In this document: in pieces, positions 46,287 through 54,200 of the stretch
Layout: the number at the start of each line of letters is the position of its first letter
Position numbering within the stretch: the first letter of the stretch is position 1
Source: a virus
Strand: one strand, 5' to 3'
DNA: 64,000 bases
IMG/VR virus record: IMGVR_UViG_3300024346_000022
Coordinates: 1 to 64,000 of that record
The notes under the pieces: model-generated
What the model saw: only the letters and a program-made list of their open reading frames with translations
Told to the model about the DNA's origin: nothing
Databases searched by the model: none
Translations under genes and position numbers: made by a program

Positions 46287-49200
46287 AGTCTTGCATTTTC
46301 CATAACTGTTCCAAAATATTCGGAGGCAGAATGAATAGCACTCGCATCAAAAATTACAAGGCGATTGTATACATTTCCAAGAACATCCACGGGTTCCCAA
46401 GGAGTTCCATCTAAATGACATTCTCCAGGAATATCTTTCCAGGCAGCATCCCAACCTTCCTCATAATAAGTTCGTGCTCTCGTTTGCTTATGGGCATATA
46501 ATGTAGTTCCGCACTGAAAAGGTGCGTTAGGAGTCAGATATAACATTCCTCCCCACTTTTGACTGTCGCAGTGATAAACCAGTGGTTCTCCTGACCAAGC
46601 AATTTGAAATCTTCCGTTCATTCCGTGCTCTTGCCAAGCAGTTATTTTTCTGCCTATAATTTCTTCAAATTTTTCTTTGAGATTTGGGAATAAAAATTGC
46701 TGTTCTGTGCGTCTTCCAATAAAACCTCTGCCATATCCACCCTCGGCAAATTCTTGTTCTAATGCAAATTTACGAATTTCATCCGGATTATCATAAAAAT
46801 TATCTACAATCCATGAGGTTGATTTTGAATTTGTCATTAAATCAAACTTAGATGTGGATCCATATGAAAAATAAATCATAAACTGACCAAGACAAGTAGG
46901 TTTCCACCAGTCTCTAAAATCATACAAGTATTGATCATTAAAAATATCTTTAGTTACATCTTTACCATTCCTTTCATATACATGAAGATCTGAACAATCA
47001 TTCAAATACAAATTACGAAATTCAATAAATCGCTCTACAGCATTTTGATGATCATTAATATGCCATTCGCCGGCAAAATTTGTAACATTATTTCGAATGA
47101 ATTCATAATTATCCTTTGTAAAGATTGAATACTCCCCACCCTCACAATCGAATTTTAAGAAATCAATTTTAGAAATATTATACTCCTTAATAATTTGTTC
47201 AAATGTAGTTGTAGAATATGAATTTCCTTCATGGTCATATATATAAACTCCATTTTCGGGTATTGATTTTATTTCTTCTTTATCCGAAATTGCTTTATTA
47301 ATAAAAGTCACTGGACCGTGAGAAACATTTTTTAGTAAAGAATCTATAATAGTATTAGATGGTTCAATACAATAAACTTCTTTTGGTTTTTTATCTAAAA
47401 TTGAATAAGTAAATGATCCATAGTTCGCACCAAAATCAAACACGATATCATTAGGTTTTACCTCTTGATGTTTTTCATATGTTCTATGAACAAAATTTTC
47501 ATTCGTAAATAATTGCACATATTCTTCACTAAGATTTCCCCAATCAAATTCTGGAGCAGTTGGATAATTAGAAATAACTTCACTCTCTTTTTTTTCATTT
47601 TCTTCCGAAGTCAACTTTTCTCTCACATAAATTTCATTATATCCAAGTTGAGAATGTTTTATATAATTTCTATCATTCATAAAAGGTTCGTAATTTAAAT
47701 TATTTTGAAAATTTTCCAATACAATTACCTTCGGAAGATATTTTTCTTGGTCAAAACCCATCATAACTTCAAGTTCCCAACCCTCAGTATCTATTGATAA
47801 TATATCAATACTGCTTACATCTATTTTATCCAATAAAGTATTCAGTTTAATCGTCTGTACTTCAATAACTTCTTGAGTATTATGCTCCGGAACATTATCA
47901 TACTTTATTCCCAGTGAAGAAAAACTCACCTCATCATTTTCTTGAGAGTACCAATTATCGTTATTGTAATTGATAGTAAAAGTTGTTTCTTTCTCTTCAT
48001 TAGAACAAGCATACTGATATACTTCACTATTATTATCTCTGTGCTGCTTTACAAATTTTGGATTAGGTTCGACTGCAATTGTTCTCCATCCATAATTTCT
48101 AAAATGTTTCGAGTTGCTTATGAATTCTTGAGGTCCAGCACCAACTTCAACCATTATCCCCTTATAACCTAAATCTGGGAAAAAATTTTCACGCAGATAT
48201 TTGTCAGTTTCAAACTCGGAATAAAATTTATTACAAAAAATATAATCTTCTGCATTTTTTGTATCTTCATTTTTATCTTTCATAATATTAATAATTCGTT
48301 CATTCACTAAATCAGGATGAACCCACCAATCTTCAAATGAAGAAATTCCATCTGGAGATATATCATTAACAACTAAAACATATCCTTTGCTTTTCAAGAA
48401 ATCTCTTGATTTTTGACGATATGATCTGGTCACATCAATATAATAATCGTGTTCATAAGTAATAACCGCAAATTTATACTTATCAAATGGTATTTTTAAC
48501 ATACATTCATAAGTATTTCTTGCTGGTTCTATGTCCAGTTGAAGATAATCAATTGCGGTTTCTTGAAAATTTTCCTTTAGGAGTTTTTCATAATTTATAT
48601 CCAAAGCATCTTGATTCAATACTTTAGTTTTTGGTCTTTCTTTCGTATATTCTTTTACAAATGTTTCATCTAATTCAATTGAAACACCTCTCCAGTTAAA
48701 TTTCTCTTCTAAAAGAGCGGTATTGTTTCTATCAAAGGGTTTTGCTCCTCCTATTTCAAGAAAAGTTCCATTGTTTTTTCCGTTCAATACAGAAAGAACG
48801 AATATATCCTGAAGAACTTGTGAATAATTTTTTTCGATTGTATCAGAATTTTTAAACTTAAATCTCAATTGATTAAATTTTGTCTTATCAAAATATACTG
48901 CAGATTGAGAATTTGGTCCAAGACCAATATGCATAATTTTATCTTCAACCAAGAACCGATATTCAGAATTCATATCGTTCCAATATTCATCAACAAGGGA
49001 ATGAAATAAATCTCTAGATTCTTTCATCTTACCCCACCACCAAGAAGAAATTGCTTTTTGATATACTAAAAGATATCTTCCTTCATAGTCTGGAATATTA
49101 ATTGGTTCAATTTCTTTATCATAACAATTTAAACCAAGGATAGAATAAGTATAAACTTGATCCCATTCTTGTTTTTTTTCATAGATTAAACATAAGAAAT

Positions 49201-49468
49201 AATATGCTTCTGGTCTTTCCGGTAGAATGGACAAGGCACTATGAATTAATGATTTTTCCGTCACTTCTCTTGTTGCTTGTTTTCTACAAGAAATTGATGC
49301 ACGAAGAAGTGATGTATAAGCAAGGAGTTTATTTTCTGCTCTTTCTGCTGCCCTCAAATAATAAGTATGTGCGGATGCATTATGTCCCTGATTATCATAC
49401 CATTCGGCAAGGTTATAATTTTTTTCAGGATTTTCCGTATCAGTTGCAAATAATACTAATTCATTCAT
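46253..49468 (-). CDS. TPR + three FkbM-like methyltransferase domains + C-terminal 2OG-Fe(II) oxygenase-like domain
   Basis: YYLRAAE/PERPEAYY TPR; FLEIG..IDYLQLDIE, MVEVGA..IDILSIDTEG.E, VFDFGANYG..IDFLKFDCEGGE; HCD...LYLTP...NRLVIFD..IHSA...RL. Confidence 0.78.
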   Translation of the reverse strand: MNELVLFATDTENPEKNYNLAEWYDNQGHNASAHTYYLRAAERAENKLLAYTSLLRASISCRKQATREVTEKSLIHSALSILPERPEAYYFLCLIYEKKQEWDQVYTYSILGLNCYDKEIEPINIPDYEGRYLLVYQKAISSWWWGKMKESRDLFHSLVDEYWNDMNSEYRFLVEDKIMHIGLGPNSQSAVYFDKTKFNQLRFKFKNSDTIEKNYSQVLQDIFVLSVLNGKNNGTFLEIGGAKPFDRNNTALLEEKFNWRGVSIELDETFVKEYTKERPKTKVLNQDALDINYEKLLKENFQETAIDYLQLDIEPARNTYECMLKIPFDKYKFAVITYEHDYYIDVTRSYRQKSRDFLKSKGYVLVVNDISPDGISSFEDWWVHPDLVNERIINIMKDKNEDTKNAEDYIFCNKFYSEFETDKYLRENFFPDLGYKGIMVEVGAGPQEFISNSKHFRNYGWRTIAVEPNPKFVKQHRDNNSEVYQYACSNEEKETTFTINYNNDNWYSQENDEVSFSSLGIKYDNVPEHNTQEVIEVQTIKLNTLLDKIDVSSIDILSIDTEGWELEVMMGFDQEKYLPKVIVLENFQNNLNYEPFMNDRNYIKHSQLGYNEIYVREKLTSEENEKKESEVISNYPTAPEFDWGNLSEEYVQLFTNENFVHRTYEKHQEVKPNDIVFDFGANYGSFTYSILDKKPKEVYCIEPSNTIIDSLLKNVSHGPVTFINKAISDKEEIKSIPENGVYIYDHEGNSYSTTTFEQIIKEYNISKIDFLKFDCEGGEYSIFTKDNYEFIRNNVTNFAGEWHINDHQNAVERFIEFRNLYLNDCSDLHVYERNGKDVTKDIFNDQYLYDFRDWWKPTCLGQFMIYFSYGSTSKFDLMTNSKSTSWIVDNFYDNPDEIRKFALEQEFAEGGYGRGFIGRRTEQQFLFPNLKEKFEEIIGRKITAWQEHGMNGRFQIAWSGEPLVYHCDSQKWGGMLYLTPNAPFQCGTTLYAHKQTRARTYYEEGWDAAWKDIPGECHLDGTPWEPVDVLGNVYNRLVIFDASAIHSASEYFGTVMENARLWQMFFFDTED

Positions 49469-50480
49469 TGATAAAGTCCTCCAAAAAAGATTCTGAAATT
49501 TTTAAAACATAAGCGGCATTATCTACCGCACCAAAAGTAATCAAATAACTATTATTATATTTTGCTAAACCACAACAAAATTCTACTTTCATATTTAAGA
49601 ATGAAAATAGTTTAGAAAATTTTTGAGACTTAAACTCACTATCCCAATATACAAATCTATGTCGGTATGTACCATTCTTTCTTCCCAATTCAGAACTATA
49701 CAATTGTGTTTCGTGAATGATGGTTAGATATCCATCCTTATATTTAATGACTTGAGACCCACCTCTCATATCATTAAATCCTGGAGTATATTGATTAGTT
49801 TCAAATACCTGAGTTTCTTCACCATTTGGATTGAACTTCATAATACAAGTAGAATTAGTCCATTTCATTAGATGAAAAGGTTTATCCTCTATAGGAGTAC
49901 AATTCTTCATACAATACTCATTATCCGGAGGTGGTCCTGGAATTCTAAATCTTGATACTTCTATGACTTTATCATCAGCAAATTCAAGTTCTGAAATTTC
50001 CATTCTTCCAGTCCCAATCGTATCCAAATCTCTTCTCACTCCACAAAGATATATCTTATCATTCCAATGTATTAAGCGACCATCTTCCAATCCAACAAAT
50101 TCCCATTGTGGTTCGTATGTATCAAATCTTGAAGTATCAATTTTAGAATAATGTATAATATTTAAATCTCCATCTAATTGTGCAACATAATTCCAAGTAC
50201 GAAGATGCATATCATTTTCTGGATGAATATACACCATAGGTCCCCATATATGCTCAAATCTATCCAACTCCGAATGATATAAAGTATAATTTATATTTCG
50301 GATATTAACTATGATACTTCCATCCACAACCAATATTGATGGATTGGTTAGAGAAGGTCCCATAAAATCTTCTGAAGGAATCATTAATGGTTTTACGATT
50401 CCACCATTTTCCAAGGCAAGTTTTACAAAGTTCATAAACATAATAATTAATAAAGTATTATTTCTCAGTAAATTTATCAA
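49461..50480 (-). CDS. Beta-propeller glycoside hydrolase/phosphorylase-like protein (start probably ~50435)
   Basis: TNPSI, GLEDGRL, KN..P, RGGSQ, IHE, Y.HRF, VEF..GL, FG..DN pattern typical of GH43/130-like propellers. Confidence 0.55.
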   Translation of the reverse strand: MINLLRNNTLLIIMFMNFVKLALENGGIVKPLMIPSEDFMGPSLTNPSILVVDGSIIVNIRNINYTLYHSELDRFEHIWGPMVYIHPENDMHLRTWNYVAQLDGDLNIIHYSKIDTSRFDTYEPQWEFVGLEDGRLIHWNDKIYLCGVRRDLDTIGTGRMEISELEFADDKVIEVSRFRIPGPPPDNEYCMKNCTPIEDKPFHLMKWTNSTCIMKFNPNGEETQVFETNQYTPGFNDMRGGSQVIKYKDGYLTIIHETQLYSSELGRKNGTYRHRFVYWDSEFKSQKFSKLFSFLNMKVEFCCGLAKYNNSYLITFGAVDNAAYVLKISESFLEDFINE

Positions 50481-50529
50481 TAGTGTAATTATAAAATGGA
50501 TGCATCATATACTCACAATCATAAAATTT

Positions 50530-50558
50530 ATTATAACAGATTAGTTCTTAAGTGTCAA
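50530..50558 (-). promoter_or_regulatory. Consensus sigma70 promoter for the glyco-modification cassette
   Basis: TTGACA-17bp-TATAAT. Confidence 0.8.
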
Positions 50559-50597
50559 TAGATGGTTCTGGCAGGTCGTACTCGGTAGCGATGGGGG

Positions 50598-51299
50598 TCA
50601 TATACCGAAACGCCTACGAAGAGCGTTGAAGTTTTGTGTGACTTCTGTTGCGGTGAGTACTCTGTTGTATGCCTGAATAGTAGCGACTTTTGCTGCATAG
50701 TTGGCCGCCGCACCAGTAAACATCGTTCTAAATGATAATGTTGTATTAGAAAATGCCGTTGCACTTGTAGTTAAGGCATATCCACTGGAGTTAAATCGGT
50801 GTATAAAAGGAGTTCTTGTGGTTGGATTTGTACCAAAAGCAATATAAGACCATGATGTAGTAACATTTCCGGAGGTAACATCAACAGGTATGTTATTATC
50901 CTTAAAATAAAATGTTGTGCCTGCAGTTCCATATGCTCCTATCTCAATAAATGGATCTATTCTATTGAAAAAATAGTTCCATCCAGTACCTGTTTGTGGA
51001 ATTGTTTGTTGTAAAAACAAACACATAGTAAATCCGGTGTTAGTGGATAAATTCAAATCAGAATCTAGGTCTAAACGTTCATTAGTTCCATCAAAAAGCA
51101 AATGACCTCCATTGGCGCTGCTGTAAGTCGGTCCATTTATAAGAGTTCCATTATTCCTATTACCACTCAAATCAGTCCAGATGGTTCCCGAACCACGATA
51201 AGAATTTTGTTGTCCTGCATCCAGATTTAAGACAAGATCATTTGTAACAATTTTTGGATATGTGGTTGAAATAGCAAAACTTTTACTCAAAAAACTCAT
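50598..51299 (-). CDS. LamG/concanavalin A-like lectin domain protein
   Basis: LVLNLDAG...SY.GSG..W.DLSGN.NNGTL.NGPTY...FDG; YNRVLTA.EV.QNFNA.R.RFGI. Confidence 0.8.
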   Translation of the reverse strand: MSFLSKSFAISTTYPKIVTNDLVLNLDAGQQNSYRGSGTIWTDLSGNRNNGTLINGPTYSSANGGHLLFDGTNERLDLDSDLNLSTNTGFTMCLFLQQTIPQTGTGWNYFFNRIDPFIEIGAYGTAGTTFYFKDNNIPVDVTSGNVTTSWSYIAFGTNPTTRTPFIHRFNSSGYALTTSATAFSNTTLSFRTMFTGAAANYAAKVATIQAYNRVLTATEVTQNFNALRRRFGI

Positions 51300-54200
51300 T
51301 TGAAGTTACCATTCACAATACCAAGAACTTGATAATTTGCAGTAGTACTAGCAGAACCTATTGTGTTAATGCCAGTAAAGTTAAAAATATCATAAGAAGT
51401 TGTAGAAGCAGTTGAGACAACAGAACCAGGATATCTTACAGTTCTTGCAGTACCATTTAAATTTACTGTGGTACATGCATATCCAATTGAAGTTTGAATT
51501 GCAACAACTGTAAATGTAAGAACACTGTTATCAAAAGTACTATCAGTTGGAATACCAGTTACATTCAGTGTGATTGGTCCTGTTGGATTTGTACAAATAG
51601 CAATATTACCACCACCAATATTATAAACCAAACTTACAGTATTTCCGCTTACACGTATTGATTTTTCTGCAAGAGATTGGATACGAGTATCAGTTGCAGT
51701 GAAAGAACCAGCAACGGATACTGTTGTTGTTGGATTTGTGGTTCCAATACCAAGATTACCGGATGAAGGATTGAATACAAGTTTTGTAGAAGAAATATAA
51801 GAAGTTCTAGCAATTCCTGATGTGACAGAAAGAATTCCAACATACCAATTTGAATTTGTTGTGGTGTTATCAAATACCGTAACCCCCCCATCACTTGTAC
51901 CCTGTAGTCCTTGAGTACCCTGAAGTCCTTGAGTACCCTGAAGACCTTGAGTTCCTTGAACACCTTGATTACTTAGACCTTGAAGTCCTTGAGTACCCTG
52001 AAGTCCTTGAGTACCCTGAAGACCTTGAGTTCCTTGAACACCTTGATTACTTAGACCTTGAAGTCCTTGAGTACCCTGAAGACCTTGAGTACCCTGAAGA
52101 CCTTGAGTACCTTGAGTACCAGAACCTTGAAGTCCTTGAGTTCCCTGCAATCCTTGAGTACCTTGAAGTCCTTGAGTACCTTGAACACCTTGATTACTTA
52201 GACCTTGAAGTCCTTGAGTTCCCTGCAATCCTTGAGTACCTTGAAGTCCTTGAGTACCTTGAGTACCAGAACCCTGAAGTCCTTGAAGTCCTTGAACACC
52301 TTGAGTACCCTGAAGTCCTTGAGTACCTTGAACACCTTGATTACTTAGACCTTGAAGTCCTTGAGTTCCCTGCAATCCTTGAGTACCCTGAAGTCCTTGA
52401 GTACCTTGAGTACCAGAACCTTGAAGTCCCTGAAGTCCCTGCAATCCTTGAGTACCTTGAACACCTTGATTACTTAGACCTTGAAGTCCTTGAGTTCCCT
52501 GAAGACCTTGAGTTCCTTGTAGTCCTTGAAGTCCAGCAGCAAAAGGAGTAGTCCAAGAAACTCCAGCACCTGTTGATACTAAAACACTACCGGCAGCACC
52601 TACATTATTATTGATATCTCTCAAAGCACCATCAAGTTCTACCAATCCACCGAAAGTAGAAACACCGGTAATTCTTACATCTCCTTGAACGTGAAGTTTT
52701 GATGTTGGATTGGTTGTTCCCAATCCTATATTTCCACCATAAGGTCCAAGTTGTATCGTTCCATTCGCATCTACATCGATACTTGGAATACCAGAAACAT
52801 CATTAACAGAGAAGATAGAACCACTGGTGAGATTATTTGTAATACTGAATAACTGACCAGCAGAACCTTCCCAAGATAAGGTGCCTGAGTTTAGAGTATC
52901 ATAAGGAATTATATCAATTACTGTACCAATTCCAAGTGCTCCAGTAGAGGGATTGAATTGAAGTTTTGTTGAAGAAACCTGAGCAGTTTTGGCGATTCCT
53001 GATGTGACAGAAATAATTCCAACATACCAGTTTGAATTTGTTGTGGTGTCATCAAATACCACAAATCCACCATCACTTGCACCCTGAAGACCTTGAGTAC
53101 CTTGATTTCCTGTACCCTGGAGTCCTTGAGTACCTTGAGTACCTTGAGTTCCTTGAGTACCCTGATTTCCTGTACCCTGGAGTCCTTGAGTTCCTTGAGT
53201 TCCCTGTAATCCTTGAGTTCCTTGATTTCCTGTACCCTGGAGTCCTTGTGTTCCTTGAGTACCTTGAGTACCCTGATTTCCTGTACCCTGGAGTCCTTGA
53301 GTACCTTGAACACCCTGAAGAGCGGCATTCTGTATCGTTGCCTTTCCTACAACATTTCCAGTTACATCATAAAGAGCAATAAAATCACTACTTTGAGGGT
53401 CTGTAACAGTAGGTAATCCATTAATATCAAGATTTGTAGCAGTTCCATTAAATCTGGTTGCGGTAATTTGACTATCGGTAATATGAACTCCACCGACTGC
53501 CAAACGAACTCCATTAGGAACTTGAGTAGAACCAATACCAACACCATAATTGAATAACCAGGCATCAGTAGTACCGGCACCTAAAGTACCACCCTTAATC
53601 CACATAATTTGTTTATATGTGGAAGGAATACTATCAATACCAACAACATTAATATCAATTAATGGAGTACCTTCAGTAGATGCAATTGAAATACCACCGT
53701 GATTTGCCGTGGTATCCGTAGAAACATCCTGACCAAAGGAATTTGTTGTAAATCCCAATACAATATCTTTATCTTTTACTTGTAATTCATTAACAACAAG
53801 AAATGCTGTAGTACCACCAACAGTTATGTTTCCCGTAACATTTAGATTTGAATTAATATTTGTAGCACCATTAACTGTAAGACCCGTAAATGTGGGATTA
53901 TTAGTTAGGGTGATTGTTGCACCTACTCCAGATGATGTTGCAGTTAGATTTCCACTTACAAAGTTAATGGAATTAACATTACCTGGAGTTCCTACAACAG
54001 AACCTTCCTCACGAATTGTAATACCAGTAATTGCACCAGCAGAAGCAGCAGCAACCCAAGTAGGTGTAGCACCAACTCCATTTGATGCAAGAACATACCC
54101 AGGTGTACCATTTGCCAAAAATACAGTAGTATCAGATGCAGATTGATAAGGTATATTACCAATAACACCACCTTTTAGATTTGTGGCAATACCGGCATTA

